From sequence record NC_048046.1: DNA of 64,000 bases, one strand, 5' to 3'. The notes under the pieces were generated by a model that was not told where the DNA came from, did no database searches, and was given only the letters and a program-made list of their open reading frames with translations. The translations under genes were made by a program, and so were the position numbers. This document shows, piece after piece, positions 17,375-26,742 of this stretch. How positions within the stretch are numbered: position 1 is the first letter of the stretch; every line of letters starts with the position of its first letter.

Positions 17375-17641
17375 ATGCTGTTTCAAAAGCCCAAGCGCAG
17401 CAACTATCGCCTGCGCCGCAGAGGTCAGCCCGAAGCGCTGATCGCTTTCCTCCAGTTCACTGAAGATCGCGAGTTGGCCTTCGCGAAGCACCTGCATGAG
17501 CAGGGCTGCTCGATCGAGCAATCGGCGGCGGCGGTCGCCTTGGTCAAGGCTACCCTGGTCGACCTGCAACTGACCGGTCCGGAGGATTTGGTCTCGAAAG
17601 GTAACTACGTCCGCTTCCTGCCTTCGGCGATGGACTACTGA
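17375..17641 (+). CDS. hypothetical protein
   Basis: RBS GGAGG. Confidence 0.7.
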   Translation: MLFQKPKRSNYRLRRRGQPEALIAFLQFTEDRELAFAKHLHEQGCSIEQSAAAVALVKATLVDLQLTGPEDLVSKGNYVRFLPSAMDY

Positions 17642-17642
17642 G

Positions 17643-18353
17643 ATGGGCAAGACCACCTACACCTACATCGTGGAAGGCTCTAAGTACGGCGAGTTCCCGT
17701 TGGACATGCTGCGCAAGGATGACTCCAAGGCCGCGACCAGTGACGACCAAGCGCTGATCGACCGCCTCGCCGTCTTCGGCGCCGACAAGAAAGACCTGCC
17801 CAAGCGCGTCCGCGTCAAGCTCACCCTGACCAGCGAGCGCTATCCTCCGCACGTCGAGCGCTGGGACTCGTTCGGCTGGAAGGTCATCGCCAGCAATCAC
17901 CCGCGCAACTACGGCCTGCCGTTCACGATGGACGAGATCGCCGAGCAAGAGCGTGCCGGCGAGTACCCACCCGTGCCCACGAAGAAGTCGCGGCGCGAGA
18001 CGCTGCGCGACCTCAAGGATGCCGTCATCCGCCTGGAACCCTACGTCTACATGGCGAAGCCGACCTTCCAGGCCATTCGCGAGGCATATGAAGCCTGTGA
18101 GTACGATCCCGAAGAGCGCCAGCATGCCTTGGGGATGCTCGACGGCGTCCGCATCGTGCTAAAGACGGGCAAGACCGCCGGCTTCATCGACGGCGCCGAT
18201 GTTCGCGTGCTGATCACCGCGCTCGATCTGGCCCACGACCTGCTCACCTACCGGGACACCGACTACATCCGCAGTTTCCTCAGCGATCGTCCCGACACGG
18301 TCCTGGCTGACCTGAAGAAGCTGCTCACGATGTTCAAGGGGATCGCCGCATGA
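17643..18353 (+). CDS. hypothetical protein
   Basis: FPLDMLRKD N-terminal motif; coupled ORF. Confidence 0.7.
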   Translation: MGKTTYTYIVEGSKYGEFPLDMLRKDDSKAATSDDQALIDRLAVFGADKKDLPKRVRVKLTLTSERYPPHVERWDSFGWKVIASNHPRNYGLPFTMDEIAEQERAGEYPPVPTKKSRRETLRDLKDAVIRLEPYVYMAKPTFQAIREAYEACEYDPEERQHALGMLDGVRIVLKTGKTAGFIDGADVRVLITALDLAHDLLTYRDTDYIRSFLSDRPDTVLADLKKLLTMFKGIAA

Positions 18354-18613
18354 GCCGGTACGATTACCTCACCATCAACAAGCGCGACGCCGACTGCTAC
18401 GACGTCACCGACGGCGATCGCCGCGTCGCGGCCCTGCGCTCGGCCTTCACGGAGGACGAGAAGGGGAAGCGCACCATGATCCCCGGCACGTGGTGCATTC
18501 GCTGGGAAGGTCCGGACTTCAGGCAAGACGCGGGTCGGATCGTGCTCGAAGCGCTGCGCTTCAACACCGTCCACGAGGCGTTCGCCTTCTTCTGCGGGCA
18601 GTGCCTGAAATGA
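18350..18613 (+). CDS. hypothetical protein
   Basis: ATGA coupling. Confidence 0.65.
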   Translation: MSRYDYLTINKRDADCYDVTDGDRRVAALRSAFTEDEKGKRTMIPGTWCIRWEGPDFRQDAGRIVLEALRFNTVHEAFAFFCGQCLK

Positions 18614-18879
18614 GGTACATCTGGACCGCCCCTGAGGGCCTGCACCAAGTCGTCTACTCGGTGGCTGAACGTCCTGACCTGCATCGGGACATCAATGCGC
18701 CGTTCGAGAGCACGATGGCTCAGCACGTCAGCGATTTCCTGACGCCCGAGGGCAGCGGCATCCTGAAGGCGCACCACGCCCTGGACACCCGCATCACCTC
18801 CCTGACTTTCGTCGACGCCCGGAGCGCCATCCGGTTCGTCGAGCACTTCGCGCCGGCGAAGTTCGTGCTGGGTACCTGA
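18610..18879 (+). CDS. hypothetical protein
   Basis: ATGA coupling. Confidence 0.65.
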   Translation: MRYIWTAPEGLHQVVYSVAERPDLHRDINAPFESTMAQHVSDFLTPEGSGILKAHHALDTRITSLTFVDARSAIRFVEHFAPAKFVLGT

Positions 18880-18881
18880 TC

Positions 18882-19268
18882 ATGGATGAGAAACCCTACG
18901 TCCCGCTGGCCGACGTCCTGCATCGCCTGAAGATCGCGCATCTCTATGGTCACGATACGGTGGAAGTGTCCACGGCGGACCTCGGCCGCGCCGTCGAGGC
19001 GTTGGAGACAGCGTTTGGGCGGAAGTCCTACGAAGTGGGGAACGCCCTACGTGGCTATTTCAGCGGCACCTTCGATAACGCGGATGAGGCCTGGACCGCA
19101 CTCAGCGAGCGGTTCAACCGAGGCTTTCCTTCGCCATCAGGTCGTCAAGTGGAGATGCGCACTTCTATCCATCTAGGCTCCACGGCCGGCGGTAACGAAA
19201 CCGAACGCGACCGAAAGCTGCGTGAGGAATTGGCCGCCATCCTCGAAAAAGAGAAAGCCGAAACATAG
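18882..19268 (+). CDS. hypothetical protein
   Basis: ORF in gene run. Confidence 0.6.
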   Translation: MDEKPYVPLADVLHRLKIAHLYGHDTVEVSTADLGRAVEALETAFGRKSYEVGNALRGYFSGTFDNADEAWTALSERFNRGFPSPSGRQVEMRTSIHLGSTAGGNETERDRKLREELAAILEKEKAET

Positions 19269-19271
19269 CAC

Positions 19272-19314
19272 TTGACGAGGTCAGGGAGTTTCTTTACATC
19301 CTCGTTCGACGATC
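19272..19314 (+). promoter_or_regulatory. class B phage promoter
   Basis: TTGACG..GTTTCTTTACA..GACGATC. Confidence 0.75.
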
Positions 19315-19328
19315 ACTGAGGAGGTCCC

Positions 19329-20000
19329 ATGACCGATCACAATTCCCGCGTTCTCGAAGGTTGCCGGATGCCGCGTCCGTGGTTCCGCGCTCAGAGCACC
19401 GCCGGCCCGCTGTTCGGCCTGTTCAAGGGCGACAATGGCTGGGCGCGCGACATGCCGCTCGCCGAGGGCGAGCGCCTGCTGGGCGAGTTCGTTCTGCCCG
19501 ACTTCCAGCGCCCGCCCGTTTGGAAGTTGATGCAGAAGGTTCGGCTGATCGAATCGCTCTGGAACGGCCTGCCGATCGGCGCCTACGTGGTCAACCGCGT
19601 CCTGGGCAGCCCCTACGACAACTACCTGCTCGACGGCCAGCAGCGGATCGGTGCGATCCTGGAATACGTCAACGACGTGTTCCCGGTCATGGGCTATCGC
19701 TACAGCGAACTCACTCGGCTGGACCGCCGTCAATTCGAGATGATCCCGGTCTCCTGCCTGGAGACCCAGATCACCGATCTGGACCAACTGAAGGAAGTCT
19801 ACGACCGGCTGGCCTATGGCGGCACGCCGCACGATCCACTGCAAACGAAGTTCGATCCGCGTCAATTCACGCAGGATGACGTCCTGATCGTCCGCGCCCG
19901 CTTCAAGTCGTACTCGGACGAGTTCCAGAAGCCGCACGTGTGGCTCTGGCCGTGCTCGCCGGACGATATCATCGCTCATGAGCCGAAGGAGGTCGCGTGA
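19329..20000 (+). CDS. stand-alone DUF262 (ParB/sulfiredoxin-like) domain protein
   Basis: LPDFQRPPVW, LIESLWNGLPIG, LLDGQQR. Confidence 0.85.
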   Translation: MTDHNSRVLEGCRMPRPWFRAQSTAGPLFGLFKGDNGWARDMPLAEGERLLGEFVLPDFQRPPVWKLMQKVRLIESLWNGLPIGAYVVNRVLGSPYDNYLLDGQQRIGAILEYVNDVFPVMGYRYSELTRLDRRQFEMIPVSCLETQITDLDQLKEVYDRLAYGGTPHDPLQTKFDPRQFTQDDVLIVRARFKSYSDEFQKPHVWLWPCSPDDIIAHEPKEVA

Positions 20001-20290
20001 TGGAAACCGCTCGGATCGAACACGTCCCCGCCCGCTACGACACCTACACGGCCCGCCTCGTGACGCGTGATGGCGATCGCGTCGCCGACGGTGGTCTCGT
20101 CGTCATCAACGGTGTCGACCGTCAGGGCGACCCGCTGGAGGACAACGGCTGCATCGGCGTGCTGGACATCCAGCCCGGCTACCAGACCCTGAACATCAAG
20201 CTGGGCTGCGTCCATGTCCGGGTCAATCCGGATCAAGTGCGTGCCCTGAAGATCGGCGAGCGCGTCGCCCGTCCGGAAGGAGGTCGCTGA
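19997..20290 (+). CDS. hypothetical protein
   Basis: coupled ORF. Confidence 0.65.
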   Translation: MMETARIEHVPARYDTYTARLVTRDGDRVADGGLVVINGVDRQGDPLEDNGCIGVLDIQPGYQTLNIKLGCVHVRVNPDQVRALKIGERVARPEGGR

Positions 20291-20613
20291 TGGACGTCGA
20301 ACTGCGCAAGATCGACACCAGCGGCGAACGCGAGGAAGTCTTCGGTCGACGCAAGCGTCAACGCCGGCGTCTGAACGCCTACGACATCATCCACGACGGT
20401 GTCGTCATCGGCACTGTGCGTGAGCGCCTCGTCACCTTCGAGAATCGCTCGCCGGGCAAGATGTACGTCAACTACCGCTGGCAGAACCCGCGTTGGTTCG
20501 CCGAACGCCTGGGCCAGAACCCTCGCTATCGGGGCGGCTCGGAAACTCGCAAGATGGAAGTCGAAGGCTTCCTGCGTGACTGGACCCACGAACAGAAGGA
20601 GGCTGCCTCGTGA
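20290..20613 (+). CDS. hypothetical protein
   Basis: coupled ORF. Confidence 0.65.
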   Translation: MDVELRKIDTSGEREEVFGRRKRQRRRLNAYDIIHDGVVIGTVRERLVTFENRSPGKMYVNYRWQNPRWFAERLGQNPRYRGGSETRKMEVEGFLRDWTHEQKEAAS

Positions 20614-21284
20614 ACGACATCAAGCACATTTCGTTCGACGTCTGGAAGACGCTGATCGACCCCAGCCCTGAGTTCGGCGTCGCGCGCCGGCAGCTTCTGA
20701 TCGACACCTTCGATCTGCCGCCGGCCCAAGTCGAGGCCGCGTATCGCAAGGTCAAAGATTCCTCGGACAACGAAGCGGAATCCAACGGGATCGGCTACAC
20801 CAGCGCCCAGGTCTACGAGAACCTGATGGCCGCACTCGGCCTGCCATCCGACGACTGGTGGGCGCTGCGTTCGAAGATCGAGGCGCTGTTCGCCCAGCAT
20901 CCGCCGATCGTGCGACCCGGCGTCGCCGAGACGTTGCAGACGCTGCAAGCGGCCGGCTACGGTCTGTCGATCTCCAGCAACACCAACTTCGTCGCCGGCG
21001 CCTGCCTGCGCGAGGTCGTCCTGGACCACCTCGGTATCGAGTGGTCCTACACTCTCTTCTCGGACCAGATGGCGATCGCCAAGCCGAACCCGCTCATGTG
21101 GCACGCCGTGAAGTCCCTCGCCGCGCTTCACTCGAACGCCGAGCCGCATCAAATCCTGCATGTGGGGGACAACCTCATCTGCGACGGCAAGTGCGTCGAC
21201 TTCGGGCTGAAGTTCCACTTCATCAACCAACCGGCGGACTTCCCCGCCCTGACCGGAGTCCTTCTGAATGCCCAAGCAGCGTAG
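20610..21284 (+). CDS. HAD-superfamily hydrolase
   Basis: SFDVWKTL, ISSNTNF, AKPNP, LHVGDN. Confidence 0.88.
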   Translation: MNDIKHISFDVWKTLIDPSPEFGVARRQLLIDTFDLPPAQVEAAYRKVKDSSDNEAESNGIGYTSAQVYENLMAALGLPSDDWWALRSKIEALFAQHPPIVRPGVAETLQTLQAAGYGLSISSNTNFVAGACLREVVLDHLGIEWSYTLFSDQMAIAKPNPLMWHAVKSLAALHSNAEPHQILHVGDNLICDGKCVDFGLKFHFINQPADFPALTGVLLNAQAA

Positions 21285-22143
21285 CCCGTTCGCTCAGTTC
21301 GTCGTCCACAGCTTCGACGACCTGGAGAATCCGTCCTTCTGTCCGCGCGACTACTCGCGGCTGAAGTTCGGCTCCGACATCGTCGCCCGCCGCTTCGGTG
21401 ACGAAATGGCCGAGGCCTTCTACGCCCAGCACCGTGATCTGCTGATCACCGATCGCTGCGTCGTCGTGCCGTCCGCCTTCAACGTCGTCGAGATCGCCGC
21501 GACCATCCTGGCCCGCCACTTCATGAACCGTCTGAACGACCTGCTGACGCGGGAAGGCCATCGCGGTGTCGAGTGGACCATCATGCACCGCACGATGAGC
21601 TACGTGGCGGACTACTCCTTCATGCCGAAGGCAGAGCGCGCCGCGATGCTGAAGGCCGACAAGCTCTTCATCAACCGCGACTTCATCGAAGACAAGGTGC
21701 TGCTGTTCGTCGACGACGTCACGATCACCGGCTCGCACGAGCACAAGATCGTCGACTTCCTCGACGGCCTGGGCGTCAAGAACCCGCGCATCTTCTGCTA
21801 CTACGCCCGCTACAACGGCGAGCGCGCCGACATCGAAGCGGCCCTCAACCAGTCCAGCATCAAGGGCGCCGACGAGTACGTCGAACTGATCCGCGAACCG
21901 GGGCATCAACTCGTCGTTCGGGCCGTTCGCTTTCTGCTGGACCTGCCGACGTCGGAACTCGCCACTGTCCTGCGTTTCGTCGACGGGCAGTTCGTGGACC
22001 GGCTGTACCACGCCTGCCTCGCCAAGGAATACGACAAGCAGGAGAAGTACCGCCAGGGCTTCGAGATGATCCGGGCTCGCCACGACAAGGGCTCCGCCTG
22101 GGCCAACCCGCCGGCGCAGGTCGTCAACATCGCGGCGGCCTGA
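21268..22143 (+). CDS. ComF-like phosphoribosyltransferase (PRTase_3 type)
   Basis: DYSRLKFG N-terminus, MHRTMSYVADY, PRPP-binding LFVDDVTITGSHE. Confidence 0.8.
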   Translation: MPKQRSPFAQFVVHSFDDLENPSFCPRDYSRLKFGSDIVARRFGDEMAEAFYAQHRDLLITDRCVVVPSAFNVVEIAATILARHFMNRLNDLLTREGHRGVEWTIMHRTMSYVADYSFMPKAERAAMLKADKLFINRDFIEDKVLLFVDDVTITGSHEHKIVDFLDGLGVKNPRIFCYYARYNGERADIEAALNQSSIKGADEYVELIREPGHQLVVRAVRFLLDLPTSELATVLRFVDGQFVDRLYHACLAKEYDKQEKYRQGFEMIRARHDKGSAWANPPAQVVNIAAA

Positions 22144-22151
22144 TCCAATAG

Positions 22152-22186
22152 TTGACAGCCGGCAGCCTTCTCCGTAAGGCTGCCGG
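22152..22186 (+). promoter_or_regulatory. class A promoter containing 11-bp perfect hairpin
   Basis: TTGACAG; CCGGCAGCCTT-CTCCGT-AAGGCTGCCGG. Confidence 0.65.
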
Positions 22187-22206
22187 TCTAACTGACAGGT
22201 AAGATC

Positions 22207-22452
22207 ATGGGTTTCGCGGACAACATGAACGATTTTCAGCGCACCGAGATGCAGTCGATCAAGTCGCGCAATATGGGCGGCGGCGGCTGGACGCTGAAGG
22301 AATTCGGGCACCGGGTCGAGGCCGGTCGGGTCATCGTCCACTGCAAGCGAGTGAACGTCGAGAAGAAGTCCGAGCACGTCCTGGAATACGAGATCGATTC
22401 CAGGGGCTTCTCCAAGGTCACGCTCGATGCCCAGGGCTCGATTACGCTGTGA
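22207..22452 (+). CDS. hypothetical protein
   Basis: follows promoter. Confidence 0.6.
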   Translation: MGFADNMNDFQRTEMQSIKSRNMGGGGWTLKEFGHRVEAGRVIVHCKRVNVEKKSEHVLEYEIDSRGFSKVTLDAQGSITL

Positions 22453-23114
22453 CGAAGCAGGTCGCCCGTATGGAGGTCGACGGTTCGGTCGTCCGCCTCG
22501 AACCGATGGAGCGCGAGGTCGCCTATCACTACAGCGATGGCAGCGTTGGCGCCTATCGCCAGCGCTCGCTCTACAAGGTGCTGGTCGACGACGTTTTGCG
22601 GGGCTACCTGTCGTTTCCGATGGGCTATGGCGGTCGATGGTCCGTCGTGACGCTGCGTCCCAAACACCGCTACAGCAACGTCTGGCGGCATCTGTACAGC
22701 GATCGTACCGAGCATGGCTTGTTCGAATACTATCGCTCCGTCTCGCCCGGCGTGCTGAACGAAACGGAGAATTGGGGCGAGCATGCGAAGTCCTGGGAGG
22801 ACCGTAACGCCATACTGGCGGCGTTCCCCAAGATGATCGCGCTCGGCCGCGCTCCTTCACCTGAAGAGGAAGAAGCGAACCTCCTTCAGATGAAGGAGGA
22901 CTACGAAGAGTCGGTGCGCCAAGACGCCGCTAACAAGGAGCGTTGGGCGCGGGAACGCGCCGAACGCGAGGCTCAGCAGGCTGAAGCCGCCCGGATCGCT
23001 GAAGAAAAGCGCCTGGAGACTCTCGAAGGCCTGAACTCCATCCTGGCCCGCGAGACCCTGTCCAACTTCGAGCGCGATTGTCTGATGACCGCGATCGCCC
23101 GGTTCTCGAACTAG
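22449..23114 (+). CDS. hypothetical protein with charged helical C-terminus
   Basis: GTGA overlap; C-terminus resembles that of 13554..14318 (ETLEGL..IL....L.N..R..L.TAI). Confidence 0.7.
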   Translation: MTKQVARMEVDGSVVRLEPMEREVAYHYSDGSVGAYRQRSLYKVLVDDVLRGYLSFPMGYGGRWSVVTLRPKHRYSNVWRHLYSDRTEHGLFEYYRSVSPGVLNETENWGEHAKSWEDRNAILAAFPKMIALGRAPSPEEEEANLLQMKEDYEESVRQDAANKERWARERAEREAQQAEAARIAEEKRLETLEGLNSILARETLSNFERDCLMTAIARFSN

Positions 23115-23118
23115 AGAG

Positions 23119-23150
23119 TTGACAGCCGATTGAGGGCGCCACTAAAACTG
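23119..23150 (+). promoter_or_regulatory. class A phage promoter
   Basis: GAGAGTTGACAGCCGA...CTAAAACT. Confidence 0.7.
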
Positions 23151-23175
23151 TCACGACCCATTCAGGATAACCGGC

Positions 23176-23781
23176 ATGAACATCACCCTCCGTAAAGCTT
23201 CTCAGTTCTCCAAAGCGCTGATCGAGGCAGGCCGCAAAACCACGATCAATCGTCTCATCTCGGTGTCCGTCTACGAAGACGCCGTGGAGAAGCCCGCGCA
23301 AGCCCTGGTCGAACTGGCCCAAGAGGCTGTTCAGGAGAAGCTGACCCAAGCGCTCAATCTTATCTCGGGCGGCTACGAACTTCGCGGTCAGATCGCCAAG
23401 GCCAATGCCGACGTCGGCATCAATCTGCTGCTCACCGAGCAAGCCAACCTCTCGGCGCACGAAGTGCTGATCTCGTCGGTGTGCAGCATCGAGTACACCT
23501 ACGACGAATCGGTGGAGCCGAAGTACGCCGACGCCAAGTTGGCTGCGCTGGTGGCACTTAACAAGAAACGCGATGCCTCCGTTTCGATCGTTCAACACGA
23601 CGACCACCTGAACGTGCGCGTCATCACTGACGAGATCAAGGCGCCGCTGAAGGACTCGGTCGCGGCAATCCGTCGGCGTAAGGCCGAGATCGCCGATGAA
23701 CTGACCTACCTGAACGCGAGCACTCGCGTCGAGGTGTCGGAGAACGTCCAGGGCCTGCTGAAGGCCCTGAAGCTGATCTAA
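23176..23781 (+). CDS. helical/coiled-coil protein of unknown function, upstream of structured RNA
   Basis: own promoter; MNITLRKAS start; heptad-rich. Confidence 0.8.
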   Translation: MNITLRKASQFSKALIEAGRKTTINRLISVSVYEDAVEKPAQALVELAQEAVQEKLTQALNLISGGYELRGQIAKANADVGINLLLTEQANLSAHEVLISSVCSIEYTYDESVEPKYADAKLAALVALNKKRDASVSIVQHDDHLNVRVITDEIKAPLKDSVAAIRRRKAEIADELTYLNASTRVEVSENVQGLLKALKLI

Positions 23782-23786
23782 CGAGC

Positions 23787-24054
23787 TTGGGCGAAGGGGT
23801 CTGGGTCTCTACGGGGACGCCGACTTCGCCCGAGGGGTGGAAGCGGAGAAGAGGAACGCAACAGCAAAGATGAGGCTCCGGCCTTCATCATGGAACCCAC
23901 CGCTTCATGCGGACATCTCTTTGCTAACCGGAATTACTCTACGGAGTGCCCTTATGGGCTTTGTTGTTTGTTCCGGACTGTAGAGATTTGTGGGTTGCTT
24001 GTTGTCCGTTGCAGCTTGTCCTTTGTCCCGCGCCCTTATCACCGCTTCCACTCT
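23787..24054 (+). ncRNA. putative structured non-coding RNA (~270 nt)
   Basis: nested stems 23789-96/23824-31, 23837-46/24042-51, 23894-900/23990-96, 23915-20/23982-87, 23928-33/23971-76; two cUACGg tetraloops. Confidence 0.7.
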
Positions 24055-24073
24055 ATCTATACACGGAGTCCTC

Positions 24074-24319
24074 ATGCGTAAGACCTTCTTCGGCGAACTG
24101 ATTTTCCAGCCGGGTGACGATTTCTTCGCCGAGTGGAATATGAACTTCCAGGAAGACCCGGACGGCGAGATCGCCCGCTTCATCGAGCATGATCCGGACA
24201 CCGCCTGGGGCTGCGAGATCACCGATAACAACGACCGCACCGTTCACGCCGCCGATTTCGAGAGCCGTGAGGCTCTGGTCGCGTGGCTGACCCAGAACAA
24301 GATCGAGATCGAGGCCTAG
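24074..24319 (+). CDS. acidic hypothetical protein
   Basis: RBS GGAG; MRKTFFG start. Confidence 0.7.
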   Translation: MRKTFFGELIFQPGDDFFAEWNMNFQEDPDGEIARFIEHDPDTAWGCEITDNNDRTVHAADFESREALVAWLTQNKIEIEA

Positions 24320-24322
24320 ATC

Positions 24323-24922
24323 ATGAACCGTCGCGAAATCCTCCTGGGCGCCGCCGCCGTGGCAGGCGCTTCGGCCATCAGTCTTCCCGCGCTCGCGGCC
24401 GTTCGCGTTCGTGGTGCATGGGAAGACCTCGACAGCGATAAGGCCCACGCCTTCATCTTCTGGTCGGCGGAAGCCTACGCGAGTCCGCACCGCAAAGTGG
24501 TCCGCGACTGGATCAAGGAAGTGGTCGACACCGGCATCCTGTATTGCGTCGGCGATGGCTTCATCGGTGATCGCACCGTGCGCGTCGAGAACCTTCGGTT
24601 CGACGTGGCCTGGGGCAAGCCGGTGTTCAACTACATGACCGGCTACACTGACGAGATCGGTCCGTCGATCACGATCACCGAGCACATGCCGGAAGGTAGA
24701 GACGCGGTGTTCGCGCCGATCGGCCTCGCCTCGACTCACGGCTCGAAGCACGTGCGCGCCGAGTATCGCGACGTCTACATGGTTCGCAAGCCGTTGCTCC
24801 GTTACGAGGAAGAGCGTGAACTGCGCTATGCCCTCGGCGACACCAACGGCTACAGCCCCAATTCGCGCATCGGTTACGATATGCGCTGGATGGACGACTT
24901 CAAGCTGAAAGGTTCGGTCTGA
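24323..24922 (+). CDS. protein with twin-arginine (Tat)-like signal peptide
   Basis: MNRREILLGAAAVAGASAISLPALA. Confidence 0.7.
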   Translation: MNRREILLGAAAVAGASAISLPALAAVRVRGAWEDLDSDKAHAFIFWSAEAYASPHRKVVRDWIKEVVDTGILYCVGDGFIGDRTVRVENLRFDVAWGKPVFNYMTGYTDEIGPSITITEHMPEGRDAVFAPIGLASTHGSKHVRAEYRDVYMVRKPLLRYEEERELRYALGDTNGYSPNSRIGYDMRWMDDFKLKGSV

Positions 24923-25329
24923 TGGCTCAGCCTCGCCGCACCTTCGAATCGATCCGTGACGTGGTCGCAGCCTGCTCCTATCCAGGCTTCGACTTCAAGC
25001 TCGCGACGCATCCGGATTCAGATAAGCCGTATCTCCAGATCATCTGTGAGGATGGCGTCGATACGAAGACCGGCGAGGCGGTTTCCTGGAAAGGGCGCAA
25101 GTGGGACCTGTCCTACTACGCGACCGACACCGAGATCGTGCAGACCGCCTGGGCGGCGGTCCAACGCGCCTTGATCCACGAGGCGAGCGAGATGTTCAAG
25201 TTCAAGGACGCGGCCATCTACGATCGCCATATCAGCGTCCATCGGCTGGTCGATCTGATCGCCGGCGCCGAACCCTACGACAGCCGCGAAGACGCGATGA
25301 ACGGCCTTGGAGAAGACAGTGCTGCGTAG
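24922..25329 (+). CDS. conserved phage protein
   Basis: YLQI..GRKWDLS..EIVQTAW..LIHEASEMF motif. Confidence 0.75.
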   Translation: MAQPRRTFESIRDVVAACSYPGFDFKLATHPDSDKPYLQIICEDGVDTKTGEAVSWKGRKWDLSYYATDTEIVQTAWAAVQRALIHEASEMFKFKDAAIYDRHISVHRLVDLIAGAEPYDSREDAMNGLGEDSAA

Positions 25330-26053
25330 ACAGGCCATCGTGATCGACCTCGGCGACACCCAAACCTATCACGACCTCGACGGCGTCCACGCCGACTACG
25401 CCGCCGGCATGCGCAAGCTGGGCTACGATGTCAGCCAGGAACTGCGCAAGAAGTTCCTGTCGCCCGGCACCGGACACCCGCTGAAGCGCGAGATGTACGA
25501 GAAGATCAAGGGCACCGACTTCTTTCGGTATCTCCCGATCATGCCCGGCTCGGTCGAGATGTACCGTGCCTTGAAGAGCACGAACGAGCCGGTCATCCTG
25601 ACCGCTTCGCCGCTGTTCGGCGCGACCGAGGACACCTACTACCTCAACCCGTATTGGCAGGGCGCCAAGTACCACAAGCGTGGATGGGTGGAGCACGTCT
25701 TCTTGCCACAGACCCGTCCTTACGAAGACTTCGCCTTCGGCATGCGTCGGACTCACTACTCCGATCACATCGCGATCGCCGATGAAAACTTCATCTGCAC
25801 GACCAGCAAGCGCAAGCACGAGTTCCTGCACCATAAGCACTCGAAGCGCCAACTGCTGATCGACGACAAGATCGAAAACGTCACCGCGTGGGCTGAGGCC
25901 GGCGGCCTGGGCATCCTTCACCTCGATCCCGAGACCACGATGCGGGCGGCGGCTCTCCTTTCGGGTCAGGACTTTGGCTTCGAAGGTCCCGGCGAATGGA
26001 AGCGCTGCGGTTCCAATGGCGGCTTCCTGTTTGATGCGCGGGTGCCCGAATGA
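25307..26053 (+). CDS. 5'(3')-deoxyribonucleotidase-like HAD (NT5C type); start may be downstream
   Basis: [48 protein letters not shown]. Confidence 0.8.
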   Translation: MEKTVLRRQAIVIDLGDTQTYHDLDGVHADYAAGMRKLGYDVSQELRKKFLSPGTGHPLKREMYEKIKGTDFFRYLPIMPGSVEMYRALKSTNEPVILTASPLFGATEDTYYLNPYWQGAKYHKRGWVEHVFLPQTRPYEDFAFGMRRTHYSDHIAIADENFICTTSKRKHEFLHHKHSKRQLLIDDKIENVTAWAEAGGLGILHLDPETTMRAAALLSGQDFGFEGPGEWKRCGSNGGFLFDARVPE

Positions 26054-26742
26054 TCGAGGTTCCCGGCATCCGCTCCTTTGGTTTCGTCACCGGATACGAG
26101 CGTAAAGGCCTCTACTCGATCGAGGAGGTTCACGCGCACATCGGCCCCGAACCGCGTGAATTCGATGGCGACATGGTCCCGATGGCGTCGCAGCGCTATG
26201 TGCTGTTCGCCCGAGCCCTCACCTGTGTTCGTTGCGGTCTTGTCGGCGCCTTCTACGCCAAGGAACGCAGCGCGCGCTATGTGAAGTCGACGGGCGAGTA
26301 CCGCCCGACCACGAACTCGTGGCACTTCAACCTCTACGCCCTGACCGACGGCCCGAGCCCACGTGCGATCCTGATGACCAAGGATCACATCGTACCCAGG
26401 GCACGCGGCGGCGCCGACGTTGACGAGAACTATCAACCGATGTGTTCGCCGTGCAATACGCGCAAGGGTCACCGCATCGAAGGCGAAACGGAGGAGGAAT
26501 TTCAGGCCTCGCCGGCGGAAGTGGCGCGACGTCGCACGATCGAGGAGGCTCGCGCTCGCAAGCGAGATCGTCATACCGAGGCGCGCAATCTCCTGATCAA
26601 GCAGGTCAAGCGCCTGTGTAAGGAGGTGGGCCTGGAACCGCCGACCGACAACGAGTTCTGTCGGATCGCCAATCGCAAGCTGTCGGCGCGGATCAGTGAT
26701 CTGCTCCTGATCAAGAACCAGACGGTGGTAGCCTATGCCTGA
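26050..26742 (+). CDS. HNH endonuclease
   Basis: [36 protein letters not shown]. Confidence 0.88.
   Translation: MIEVPGIRSFGFVTGYERKGLYSIEEVHAHIGPEPREFDGDMVPMASQRYVLFARALTCVRCGLVGAFYAKERSARYVKSTGEYRPTTNSWHFNLYALTDGPSPRAILMTKDHIVPRARGGADVDENYQPMCSPCNTRKGHRIEGETEEEFQASPAEVARRRTIEEARARKRDRHTEARNLLIKQVKRLCKEVGLEPPTDNEFCRIANRKLSARISDLLLIKNQTVVAYA

Noticed and set aside
23890-24240. Short ORFs (23890-24081 +, 23905-24240 -) and the upstream extension of 23990-24319
   Set aside because: No RBS and odd composition; the extensive pairing is better explained as RNA structure.
26050-26742. HNH gene as an intron-borne homing endonuclease
   Set aside because: Free-standing and coupled to intact neighbours; no split gene or intron core visible.
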